From Candidatus Phoenicimicrobium oleiphilum (GTDB lineage: Bacteria; Atribacterota; Phoenicimicrobiia; Phoenicimicrobiales; Phoenicimicrobiaceae): DNA of 18,746 nucleotides. The position numbers were made by a program, and so were the translations under genes. The notes below the pieces were generated by a model. It did no database searches, was not told the origin of the DNA, and was given only the letters and a program-made list of their open reading frames with translations. The stretch is from the NCBI GenBank assembly GCA_039638295.1, contig JBDIWJ010000036.1, positions 1,520 through 20,265 of the forward strand, in the 5' to 3' direction. Positions 1 through 8,503 of this stretch are shown piece by piece (the stretch's first letter is position 1; every line of letters starts with the position of its first letter).

Positions 1-14
1 CTATATGCTGATCA

Positions 15-69
15 CACTATTCACTATCGACTAATTTAATTGGCAAATTGGAGAATTGGAGAATCGGTT
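15..69. repeat. Heptamer array plus octamer array
   Basis: CACTATT-CACTATC-GACTAAT (15-35); AATTGGCA-AATTGGAG-AATTGGAG-AATCGGTT (38-69). Confidence 0.8.
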
Positions 70-71
70 AA

Positions 72-695
72 TCAAATATAAGGATTTGTCCTTCTTTCCT
101 CACCTATAGTGGAATCAGGACCATGTCCAGGATAAATTATTTTATCATCACTTAATACTAGCAATTTTTCTTTAATCGATTTTTGTAAATCCTGGTAAGA
201 ACCACCCGGTAAATCAGTTCTACCCACCCCACCTGCAAATAATGTATCACCCGTAAAAACAATGTTATTGAGAATAAGGCAAATACCTCCAGGAGTATGG
301 CCTGGCGTATGAATTATTATTAACTTTAATTTACCCAAAGATATCTCATCTCCCTCCTCCAAAAAACTATCTGCCGGAGGAGAACATCTTTTATTGCCCA
401 TAAAAATAGAAAAATTCTTATTGACATCATTTAACATAGGGGCATCTAATTTATGGATCAATAACATAGCTTTAGTTTTTTCCTTCAATACTTTATTTCC
501 AGCAATATGATCTATATGCCCATGAGTATTTATAATATATTCTAAATTAAAATCATTATCTTGTAAATTTTTTAAGATTAAATCGACCTCTTCTTCCCCT
601 CCTGGGTCAATTACTGCTGCTTTTTTAGTCTTTTTACACGCAATTAGATAACAATTGGTTTCTAATGGTCCTACTACCAATCTTTTTAAGAACAT
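72..695 (-). CDS. MBL-fold metallo-hydrolase (glyoxalase II/YcbL-like)
   Basis: THGHIDH (HxHxDH) motif, HTPGHTPG, FTGDTLF and YPGHG motifs; usual position downstream of rel-dtd. Confidence 0.93.
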   Translation of the reverse strand: MFLKRLVVGPLETNCYLIACKKTKKAAVIDPGGEEEVDLILKNLQDNDFNLEYIINTHGHIDHIAGNKVLKEKTKAMLLIHKLDAPMLNDVNKNFSIFMGNKRCSPPADSFLEEGDEISLGKLKLIIIHTPGHTPGGICLILNNIVFTGDTLFAGGVGRTDLPGGSYQDLQKSIKEKLLVLSDDKIIYPGHGPDSTIGEERRTNPYI

Positions 696-773
696 TTCGC
701 CATAATCCTTTCATTAGTTAAATATTTTTTAAGGTCTTTGCTTATTTCTTTTTATTTTTGGATGAAATAATCT

Positions 774-1778
774 TTAATAAAAATCACCTAAAATAGATTT
801 TGTTACTTTACTTATTTTTTTTAACACGTGAGGATAATTAGTAATAATCCCATCAACTCCATACAAAACAAAACGCAATATATCCATATCTTGATTAACT
901 GTCCACACATATATAGTCTTGTCCCTCTGATGTAAATATGAAACAAGCTTTTTTGTTCCCCAAAAATAGTGTGGATTTAATCCATCCAATCTATTAATAT
1001 AACTTTTGGGAATTATTGGCTTAGCAAAGAGCAGGTTCACTTTAAGTTGAGGATATCTTTCTTTTAACAAAATCGCAGTATCTCTATCAAAACAAGAAAA
1101 AAGAATACTATTATATCCAAAGTTCTCTGTCTCTTTAATTAATTTATCTATAATTCCAGGATAAATTCTTTCTCCACCTTTAATCTCAATATTTACAAAA
1201 AGTTTCCCTTTTAAAACATTAAGTACTTCACTAAGTAAGGGGATACGCTCATTATAGTATGACCTTATTGTTTCTCCTTTTAAATCCAATACTTCTTTCT
1301 TCTTAATTTTTAATTGTCTAAAACCTATTTTTTCTCCCTCAATTCGGGGAAAAATTAACTTTTTTACTTTATCAAATTGTTTACCATCCCAATGTAAATA
1401 AAAGCTAATCTTTCTTTTATTAATTTGCTCAAAAATATTAAGATAAAATACATTATTTTGAATTGCTCTTAATTCCATAAAATAAATTTTTTCTTCAGGT
1501 AATTTCTTCAATAATTTTTCTTGTTCTCGAGTAAAAAATTCAGAAATATCATATTCTTTTAATTCTTTAAAAGTAAGTTGGTTAATTAAAACTTTTTGTC
1601 CGGTTAATCTTTTTAAATCTGTATCATGAATCACTACTAACTGGCCATCCTTAGTAAGATGAACATCCAACTCAACTCCATCTATCCCCAATTCAACTGC
1701 TTTTTTAAAACCGGAAAGGCTATTTTCAGGGGCAATTCCTTTGGCTCCTCTATGTCCGATAACAAGGGGTATTTCCAT
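774..1778 (-). CDS. Glycerophosphodiester phosphodiesterase (GDPD/GlpQ-UgpQ family) with a ~90-aa internal insertion
   Basis: IGHRGA...PENS, ELDVHLTKDG..VVIHD, ERIP-L-EVL, NIEIK, WTVN and GVDGIITNYP motifs. Start moved to the ATG at 1778, preceded by GAGGAGG. Confidence 0.92.
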   Translation of the reverse strand: MEIPLVIGHRGAKGIAPENSLSGFKKAVELGIDGVELDVHLTKDGQLVVIHDTDLKRLTGQKVLINQLTFKELKEYDISEFFTREQEKLLKKLPEEKIYFMELRAIQNNVFYLNIFEQINKRKISFYLHWDGKQFDKVKKLIFPRIEGEKIGFRQLKIKKKEVLDLKGETIRSYYNERIPLLSEVLNVLKGKLFVNIEIKGGERIYPGIIDKLIKETENFGYNSILFSCFDRDTAILLKERYPQLKVNLLFAKPIIPKSYINRLDGLNPHYFWGTKKLVSYLHQRDKTIYVWTVNQDMDILRFVLYGVDGIITNYPHVLKKISKVTKSILGDFY

Positions 1779-1821
1779 TTTTTTCCTCCTCGAATAAACC
1801 ATTTTAATTATGTTAATGCTT

Positions 1822-2271
1822 TTAAAATAACTTTTCGCTATCTAACAAAATTGTAACCGGGCCATCATTATAAATTTTTACCAACATCATTGCTTGGAAC
1901 TCTCCGGTTTCTACTTTAAGACCATAATTTTTTATACATTTTATAAAGTAATTATATAATTTTACCGCTTTTTCTGGAAGAGCTGCAGAAATAAAGCTCG
2001 GACGTCTTCCCTTTTTACAATCCCCATATAAAGTAAATTGAGATATCACTAAAATTTGGCCTTTTATATCTTTAATAGAAAGATTCATTTTCCCCTGTTT
2101 ATCTTCAAATATTCGTAAATTTGCTATTTTCTCAGCTAAATATTCTGCATCTTTTTCCTGGTCATTCTGTCCTACGCCTAACATGATTACTAAACCTTGC
2201 CCTATTCTACCCACTTCTCTATTCTCAATCTCTACTGCTCCCTCTTTTACTCTTTGCACTACTGCCCTCAT
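1822..2271 (-). CDS. dtd: D-aminoacyl-tRNA deacylase
   Basis: MRAVVQRV N-terminus, SQFTL, GRRPSF and NDGPVT motifs; GGAGG before the ATG at 2271; directly follows rel. Confidence 0.97.
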   Translation of the reverse strand: MRAVVQRVKEGAVEIENREVGRIGQGLVIMLGVGQNDQEKDAEYLAEKIANLRIFEDKQGKMNLSIKDIKGQILVISQFTLYGDCKKGRRPSFISAALPEKAVKLYNYFIKCIKNYGLKVETGEFQAMMLVKIYNDGPVTILLDSEKLF

Positions 2272-2316
2272 TCTTATTTCCTCCAAATATTGATAGCCTG
2301 CACTAAACACTTTAGG

Positions 2317-4446
2317 CTAAAAATTTTCTATTCTTTTTATAGACAAAACACTCTTTACTTTTTTTATACTTTTGACTATTTCTTGAAATTGTTTTAAACT
2401 ACTAACAGAGAAATTAATGTCTATAGTAGCAATCCCCCTTTTATTAGTTATAGCATGTATTGCATTGATTGAGATTTTATAGTTGGAAAAGATCAACATA
2501 ATATCAGAAACTAAACTTGCTCTATCGTCAGCAATTATCTTTATTTTTACTGGAAAAAATAATTCTTCAGTTTTCAGCCATTCTACTTTTACTAAACGAT
2601 CTTTGTCAGAAGAGATAATATTAATATTAGAACATCCTATTTTATGTATAGACACTCCTCTTCCTCTAGTAATATAACCAATGATTCTATCGCCAGGTAC
2701 AGGATTGCAGCATCGGGCAAATCTTACCAGTACTTCATCGATTCCTTCAACTCTTACACCTTGCTCAATTCTTTTTTTTAATTTGACCGGGGGGATTACT
2801 GGGGGAATTCTTTCCTGGGGAATTATTTTAGATAAAACCTGATACGGGGTTAGTTTTCCATATCCAATGTTCTCAAACATTGTTTCTAACTCAGAAAAAC
2901 CTAATTCAATACATATATCATTCAACTTTTTAGTAAGTTCAGCAGAGGATTCTATTCGTAACCTTTCCATTTCTTTTTCAAAAATTTCCCTACCCTTTTG
3001 AATATTCTCCTCTCTCATCTCCTTTTTAAACCAGGCCCTGATTTTATTCTTTGCTCCTGATGTTTTAACCACTTTTAACCAATCTCTACTAGGACCTCGA
3101 CTTAATTTAGAAGTCAATATTTCCACTATATCTCCACTTTTCAACTTATAATCTAATGGTACTATCTTTTTATTAACCTTGGCTCCTACACAACTATGTC
3201 CTACATCTGTATGGATGAGATAGGCAAAATCAATCGGGGTAGATCCCGCAGGTAATATTTTTACGTCCCCTTTGGGGGTAAAAGTAAAGACTTCGTCCTG
3301 AAAAAGACCAATTTTTAAGTTTTCCATAAATTCTCTCGGATCCTTTAAATCTTTTTGCCATTCTAATATCTGTCTCAACCAGGAAAGTCTTTCTTCAATT
3401 TTTTTATCTTTTTTAAAATCCACCTTTTCCTTGTACTTCCAATGAGCAGCTATTCCATATTCAGCAGTACGATGCATGTCCCAAGTACGAATCTGAATCT
3501 CTAAAGGCTCTCCCTGCGAAGTGATTACAGTAGTATGTAGAGACTGATACATATTTGATTTAGGCATAGCAATATAATCTTTAAATCGTCCAGGCATAGG
3601 TTTCCAAATTGAATGTAATAACCCTAAAACCGCATAACAATCTTTAATAGAATTGCAAATTACCCTGATCGCAACTAAATCATATATCTGGAAAAAATCT
3701 TTTTCTCTCTCTTCCATCTTTTTATAAATACTGTATATATTTTTGGGTCGACCCTGGATTTCAGCTTCTATGTTTACCTTTTGCAATTCCTTTTTTATAG
3801 ATTCTTTTATCGATTCAACATATTTCTCTCTTTCTAATCGATTTTTCGCAATTCTATTAACCACTGCTTTATATTTCATTGGCTCTAAATAACGTAGAGA
3901 AAGGTCTTCTAATTCCCACTGAATCCTGGAAATACCTAACCTATTAGCAATAGGAACATATATTTCCAAAGTTTCTCGGGATATTCTTGCCCTTTTAAAA
4001 GGAGGAACATATTGCAAAGTCCTCATATTGTTAAGACGGTCTGCTAACTTTATCAGAATAACTCTTACATCTTCAGCCATTGCTAAAAACATCTTACGAA
4101 AATTCTCAGCTTGTTGTTCCTCGAGAGTCTTAAAAGAAATCCTGCTTAATTTAGTAACTCCATTAACCAACATTGATATTTCTTCACCAAATTCTTCTTT
4201 TATTGTAGCTAATTGGGTAGGGGTATCCTCCAATATATCATGTAAGATTCCGGCTGTAATGGTGATTACATCAAGTTCCAAATCAACTAGTATTTTAGCC
4301 ACCTCTAAAAGATGTAGAATATAAGGTTCCCCAGAATATCTATTTTGATTCTTGTGAGCCTTTACAGCATATCTATAAGCATTTTTTATTAAGCTTAAAT
4401 CAGCCTGGGAAGCATATTCAGGTATTTTTTTTAAAATATATTTCAT
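2317..4446 (-). CDS. relA: Bifunctional (p)ppGpp synthetase/hydrolase (long RSH, Rel)
   Basis: HD hydrolase motifs (RYSGEPYILH, LHDILED, KLADRLNNMRTL), synthetase RFKDY and YQSLHT, TGS domain (TPIDFAY..HT), CCNP zinc-finger region, C-terminal ACT. Exact start is uncertain. Confidence 0.97.
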   Translation of the reverse strand: MKYILKKIPEYASQADLSLIKNAYRYAVKAHKNQNRYSGEPYILHLLEVAKILVDLELDVITITAGILHDILEDTPTQLATIKEEFGEEISMLVNGVTKLSRISFKTLEEQQAENFRKMFLAMAEDVRVILIKLADRLNNMRTLQYVPPFKRARISRETLEIYVPIANRLGISRIQWELEDLSLRYLEPMKYKAVVNRIAKNRLEREKYVESIKESIKKELQKVNIEAEIQGRPKNIYSIYKKMEEREKDFFQIYDLVAIRVICNSIKDCYAVLGLLHSIWKPMPGRFKDYIAMPKSNMYQSLHTTVITSQGEPLEIQIRTWDMHRTAEYGIAAHWKYKEKVDFKKDKKIEERLSWLRQILEWQKDLKDPREFMENLKIGLFQDEVFTFTPKGDVKILPAGSTPIDFAYLIHTDVGHSCVGAKVNKKIVPLDYKLKSGDIVEILTSKLSRGPSRDWLKVVKTSGAKNKIRAWFKKEMREENIQKGREIFEKEMERLRIESSAELTKKLNDICIELGFSELETMFENIGYGKLTPYQVLSKIIPQERIPPVIPPVKLKKRIEQGVRVEGIDEVLVRFARCCNPVPGDRIIGYITRGRGVSIHKIGCSNINIISSDKDRLVKVEWLKTEELFFPVKIKIIADDRASLVSDIMLIFSNYKISINAIHAITNKRGIATIDINFSVSSLKQFQEIVKSIKKVKSVLSIKRIENF

Positions 4447-4507
4447 TAAAGTTAATTGAGAAATAATTTACACCTTCTTTATTGATCAAAAGTGAATAGA
4501 GCCTAAT

Positions 4508-4752
4508 CAGTATATAGTATTTAGTTGTTACATAACATAGAGCTGGTAGCGTTTAGCGTATAGTTTTAGATTAATAAGATACTTATCCTATACCCAGCTG
4601 TTTTTACGAACACATGGTTTTTCAGTATCTTGACTAACAAGTTAGATGGGTCAGACCCCTACATAGACAGTCGAGATGTCTGTCCTATGGAGTATATGTT
4701 TTTGCATTCTGATAAGTTTACTCTGCTCTATGTATTTCCAATTAACGACTAA
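4508..4752. repeat. Composite palindrome-rich element in the apt-rel spacer
   Basis: Terminal IR ACATAGAGC (4535-4543)/GCTCTATGT (4725-4733); inner IR AAGATACT (4576-4583)/AGTATCTT (4624-4631); GGGTC-A-GACCC (4648-4658); CATAGACAG/CTGTCCTATG (4662-4689); TAGCGTT-TAGCGTA heptamers. Confidence 0.65.
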
Positions 4753-5271
4753 TCAATCATACTGTACTATGGAAAAGATATTATATCCTTTCAATTTCTC
4801 CCTGGGATTTAAAAATTCGAGTTCGATTATAAAAGAAGCTCCCACAACTTCTCCACCTAATTTTTCAATCAGTTTAAACACCGCTGCAGTAGTACCTCCG
4901 GTAGCCAAAAGGTCATCAATCACCATAATTTTATCACCATTATTTATGGCATCTTTATGAATTTCTAAAATATTCTCACCATATTCTAACTGATAAGATA
5001 CTCTTTCAACTTCACTGGGAAGTTTTTCAGGCTTTCTAATAGGTAAAAATCCTACCCCTAATTGATAAGCAACGGGAGCACCTATAATAAAACCACGGGC
5101 TTCTATTCCCGCAATATAATCAATTTGATATTTTTTACAATATTCGATTATTTTATCAATACTATATTTAAAGGCATCTTTATCTTTTAATAGAGTCGTA
5201 ATATCTTTAAATTGAATGCCCTTTACCGGAAAATCTGGAATATTCCTGATTTTTGTTTTTAAATCTATCAC
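4753..5271 (-). CDS. apt: Adenine phosphoribosyltransferase
   Basis: IPDFP..GIQFKDIT, EARGF, LEYG and VIDDLLATGGT PRPP-binding loop; GTG start after GGAGG. Confidence 0.97.
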   Translation of the reverse strand: MIDLKTKIRNIPDFPVKGIQFKDITTLLKDKDAFKYSIDKIIEYCKKYQIDYIAGIEARGFIIGAPVAYQLGVGFLPIRKPEKLPSEVERVSYQLEYGENILEIHKDAINNGDKIMVIDDLLATGGTTAAVFKLIEKLGGEVVGASFIIELEFLNPREKLKGYNIFSIVQYD

Positions 5272-5285
5272 TTTTTATCTGCCTC

Positions 5286-7031
5286 CTAAAAAATATTTTT
5301 TATATCTTTTATATTTAATTGAATATTTTCTAAGCCATTCCATTTGTTCATTTCAATGTTAAAAGCTAAATCTGCTACCTTACTCTCCGAAAATATCTGG
5401 TTTCCTCCTTTGTATAATCCAAATCCAATCCCGTCAAATACCTTATTCTTATCCATAATTTTCAGTTTCAGGTGTTCTCTATTTTCGCCAACCACCCTCC
5501 AATCTGATATCATATTATTATAACTACAAAAAATAGGTTGAGGATTCCCTAAACCAAATGGTTCTAAGTTATTTATATCTTTAATTAAGCTAAGATTAAT
5601 ATCACTTAATGAAAGTTGAGCATCCACTTCTAATCCAGGAATTAAATCACTTTCTTTAATATAATTTTGAGCTATTTCATTAATTCTTGATTTAAATTTA
5701 GAAATTTGATTACAATCTATAGTGATACCCACAGCATATTTGTGCCCACCAAAATTTATTAAAATATCTTTGCAGGTTTCCAGGGCTCGATATAAGTGAA
5801 AGCCTTTGGTACTCCGCCCAGACCCTTTTCCGGTTCCGTCTTCTTTAGAAATAACTATGGCAGGCCGATTAAATTCATCTACTAACCTGGAAGCTATTAT
5901 TCCGATGACGCCCTGGTTCCAGCCTTCCGATGAAAGAACTAATATTTTGTTATTCTCTTCTTCTATTTGCTTAAAAGCAAGCCCTCTTGCTTTTTTTAAA
6001 ATATTATCACCAATATCTCGTCTGGATTTATTTATTTCATTCAATTTTTTTGCTAAAAATTCAGCTTTGGAAGGAGAATCAACCAACAATGATTCTAAAG
6101 CTAATTTAGGGTCACCCAATCTTCCTGCTGCATTTAACCTTGGGGCAAGAGCAAAATTAATCTCTTTAGTATTTAAATCTCCATAATCTACTCCGCTTTC
6201 CAACATTAATGCCTTTAAGCCTTCTCTCTTAGTTTGGTTAAGTACTTTTAATCCATGTTTAATTAAAATACGATTTTCATCGAGAAAAGGTACAGAATCA
6301 GCAATTGTTCCTAAAACCACGTAATCAAGGAAACTGTATAAATCTTCTTGTCTCTTTTTCAACTTTTCATATAGAGCTTGGGCCACTTTAAAACATACCC
6401 CTACTCCAGCTAACTCTTTAAAGGGATAACTTTCATCATACTGGGGGTTTATTATGCTTATTGCAGAAGGTATTTCTTTTTGTGGCTTATGATGGTCAAT
6501 TATAATAACATCTATACCATAGTTCTCTGCCTTTGCTACCTCATAAACAGAACTAATTCCACAGTCAACAGTGATAATTAATGTAAAATCATTTTGATTA
6601 GCCAGGTCTACAACCTTTTCATTCAATCCATATCCTTCTTTGAATCGGTTAGGTAAATAGTAGTATAAATTAGAAGTAAGTTCCTTTAAAATTGAAAATA
6701 ACAGAGCTGTACTTGTTATACCATCAACATCATAGTCTCCAAAAATTAATATTCTTTCCTCGTTGTTTATCGCTTTTAATATTCTATCAATAGCTTTTTC
6801 CATATCCTTAAAAGAATAAGGATCTCTTAAATCTTTGAAATCAGACTTTAAGAATTTTCGAGCACTTGTTAATTCTCTTATCCCCCTATTTATTAATAAT
6901 TGAGACAAAATTGGAGAAATATTTAACTCTTTTGCTAATGCTATCTGTAATTTTTTATCTTCTTTTAAGATATGCCATTCTATTTTATCTACACTCCCTC
7001 CTTGTTTCTCGTATCGCGTATCGCGTATCAC
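5286..7031 (-). CDS. recJ: Single-stranded-DNA-specific exonuclease RecJ
   Basis: GDYDVDG, TVDCG, IDHH, APRLNAAGR, GSGRS and GGH motifs of DHH/DHHA1 domains. Start is ambiguous (see findings). Confidence 0.96.
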   Translation of the reverse strand: MIRDTRYEKQGGSVDKIEWHILKEDKKLQIALAKELNISPILSQLLINRGIRELTSARKFLKSDFKDLRDPYSFKDMEKAIDRILKAINNEERILIFGDYDVDGITSTALLFSILKELTSNLYYYLPNRFKEGYGLNEKVVDLANQNDFTLIITVDCGISSVYEVAKAENYGIDVIIIDHHKPQKEIPSAISIINPQYDESYPFKELAGVGVCFKVAQALYEKLKKRQEDLYSFLDYVVLGTIADSVPFLDENRILIKHGLKVLNQTKREGLKALMLESGVDYGDLNTKEINFALAPRLNAAGRLGDPKLALESLLVDSPSKAEFLAKKLNEINKSRRDIGDNILKKARGLAFKQIEEENNKILVLSSEGWNQGVIGIIASRLVDEFNRPAIVISKEDGTGKGSGRSTKGFHLYRALETCKDILINFGGHKYAVGITIDCNQISKFKSRINEIAQNYIKESDLIPGLEVDAQLSLSDINLSLIKDINNLEPFGLGNPQPIFCSYNNMISDWRVVGENREHLKLKIMDKNKVFDGIGFGLYKGGNQIFSESKVADLAFNIEMNKWNGLENIQLNIKDIKNIF

Positions 7032-7275
7032 GTTTGTTTCCCCCTCACCCCTCTAAACCCTCTCCCTAAAAGGGGAAAGGGAGCAAAGATTCCTCCTCTT
7101 TTAATTTTATCTGTCTGCTAAACCCTGGACGCTCTATATCAACCTGCGAGATACGATTCACGAGATACAAGATACGAATTCATCCTGACTTCTGGCTCCT
7201 ATCTTTCCTTCCTTAAACCAGCTAACCAGGTTACTAACCAACTAACCAATTCTATCCGCTAAATGTTATATGCTA
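7010..7275. repeat. Stack of tandem arrays in the recJ-DUF2905 spacer
   Basis: CGTATCG x2 plus CGTATCA (7010-7030); GAGATAC-GATTCAC-GAGATAC-AAGATAC (7148-7175); TCCTGAC-TTCTGGC-TCCTATC (7183-7203); AACCAGCT-AACCAGGT...AACCAACT-AACCAATT (7216-7251); CTATCCG-CTAAATG-TTATATG (7252-7272). Confidence 0.88.
7040..7083. repeat. BoxC-like pyrimidine/purine palindromic element
   Basis: CCCCCTCACCCCTCTAAACCCTCTCCCTAAAAGGGGAAAGGGAG: a C-rich tail followed by a CCCTCTCCC/GGGGAAAGGG hairpin. It resembles enterobacterial BoxC-type repeats as I recall them; not searched. Confidence 0.65.
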
Positions 7276-7314
7276 GAATACGAAAATATAATTTTTCTTT
7301 TGCTTTTACGTTTT

Positions 7315-7536
7315 TTAATGTCTAAACAGGCGAAAAATGATGGTTAAAATAATGCTTAGTAAAATACATAAACCTAAAGGGAAGTAAAAAATAAAATTTT
7401 TTCTTTGAATTATAATGTCTCCAGGTAACCTCCCAGAAAAAGGTAATTTTCCTGCCAATAAAAATATTGCTCCCATTATAATTAATATTATCCCAAAAAA
7501 AAGAAGAGTTTTGCCAAATAGGTTAAATTCTGACAT
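7315..7536 (-). CDS. DUF2905-family small membrane protein
   Basis: GRLPGDIII..NF.FYFPL signature between two hydrophobic segments; AGGTG before the ATG at 7536. Confidence 0.88.
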   Translation of the reverse strand: MSEFNLFGKTLLFFGIILIIMGAIFLLAGKLPFSGRLPGDIIIQRKNFIFYFPLGLCILLSIILTIIFRLFRH

Positions 7537-7561
7537 TTTTATCACCTATTTTGTTTTAAAA

Positions 7562-8479
7562 TTATTTTTTACCCTTTTTCTTTGTAGTAATTTTAATCCC
7601 CTTTTGCTCTATTTTAAAAATTTTATTCCATTCTAATAGTAGAGGACTGGCAATAAAAATTGAAGAATATGTCCCTGCTACCATCCCCAAAAATAAAGCC
7701 AAAGCAAAATCAGAAAGTATATTTCCTCCAAAAAAATATAAGGCTAAAATGGGAAGAATTGTAGTTAGAGCTGTATTAATAGTTCTGGACAAAGATTGAT
7801 TAACGCTAATATTTATCAAATTTTCAAATGATTCTCTGGTTTTAAGCTTTATATTTTCTCTAAGTCTATCTAAAATTACGATAGTATTATTTAGTGAATA
7901 TCCCACAATAGTTAGAACTGCTGCTATTATCGAAATAGTTATTTCCTTGTGGAATAAAGAAAAGATACCCAGAACAATTAAGCAGTCATGTAAAAGTGCT
8001 ATTATTGAAATAATAGAAAATTTAAATTCAAACCTTATAGTAATATATAGAATAATCCCTATAAAGGCAAAAAGTAAGGCATAAATAGCTAACTTTTTTA
8101 AATTTTCTCCGATAACCGGCCCTACTGTTTCAACACGTAATATATCTAATTCAGCTAAATTCTCCCTAAAAGATGATAATATTTCCTTTCTTTGCTCTTG
8201 ATCAATCTTTTCCGTTCTTAATACAAATTCATTTTCCGATAAATTTTGAATAGTACTTCGACTTAAATTAAATTCACCTAAAACATTTCTGACTTCCTCA
8301 GTTGAAATTGGTTTATCAAATCTTATCTGGAGTAAAGTACCCCCTGCAAAATCAATCCCATAATCAAATCCTTGAAAAATAATTGAAATTAATCCAATTA
8401 GAATGATAACAGAAGAAATAAAATAAGCTATTTTTCTATTCTTTGTAAAATCAAACTTCTTCTCTCCAATCAAATCCAT
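7562..8479 (-). CDS. secF: Protein translocase subunit SecF
   Basis: GIDFAGGT, VGPVIG, HD in TM, GYSLNNTIVILDRLREN, RTINT, GTYSSIFIA. AAGGAGG favours the ATG at 8479 (alternatives 8482, 8488). Confidence 0.97.
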   Translation of the reverse strand: MDLIGEKKFDFTKNRKIAYFISSVIILIGLISIIFQGFDYGIDFAGGTLLQIRFDKPISTEEVRNVLGEFNLSRSTIQNLSENEFVLRTEKIDQEQRKEILSSFRENLAELDILRVETVGPVIGENLKKLAIYALLFAFIGIILYITIRFEFKFSIISIIALLHDCLIVLGIFSLFHKEITISIIAAVLTIVGYSLNNTIVILDRLRENIKLKTRESFENLINISVNQSLSRTINTALTTILPILALYFFGGNILSDFALALFLGMVAGTYSSIFIASPLLLEWNKIFKIEQKGIKITTKKKGKK

Positions 8480-8503
8480 CAAATACATCCTCCTTAACTA
8501 TAT

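Noticed and set aside
1260..1532. Intein in the phosphodiesterase
   Set aside because: No N-terminal Cys/Ser block, no TxxH motif and no His-Asn followed by Cys/Ser/Thr at the junction.
4535..4733. 6S RNA or ppGpp (ykkC-type) riboswitch upstream of rel
   Set aside because: The size fits 6S, but the pairing is multi-branched rather than one long rod with a central bubble, and I could not identify riboswitch consensus motifs. An Rfam search is needed to exclude these formally.
7010..7275. CRISPR array
   Set aside because: Units are 7-8 bp and contiguous; there are no 23-47-bp repeats with unique spacers and no cas genes.
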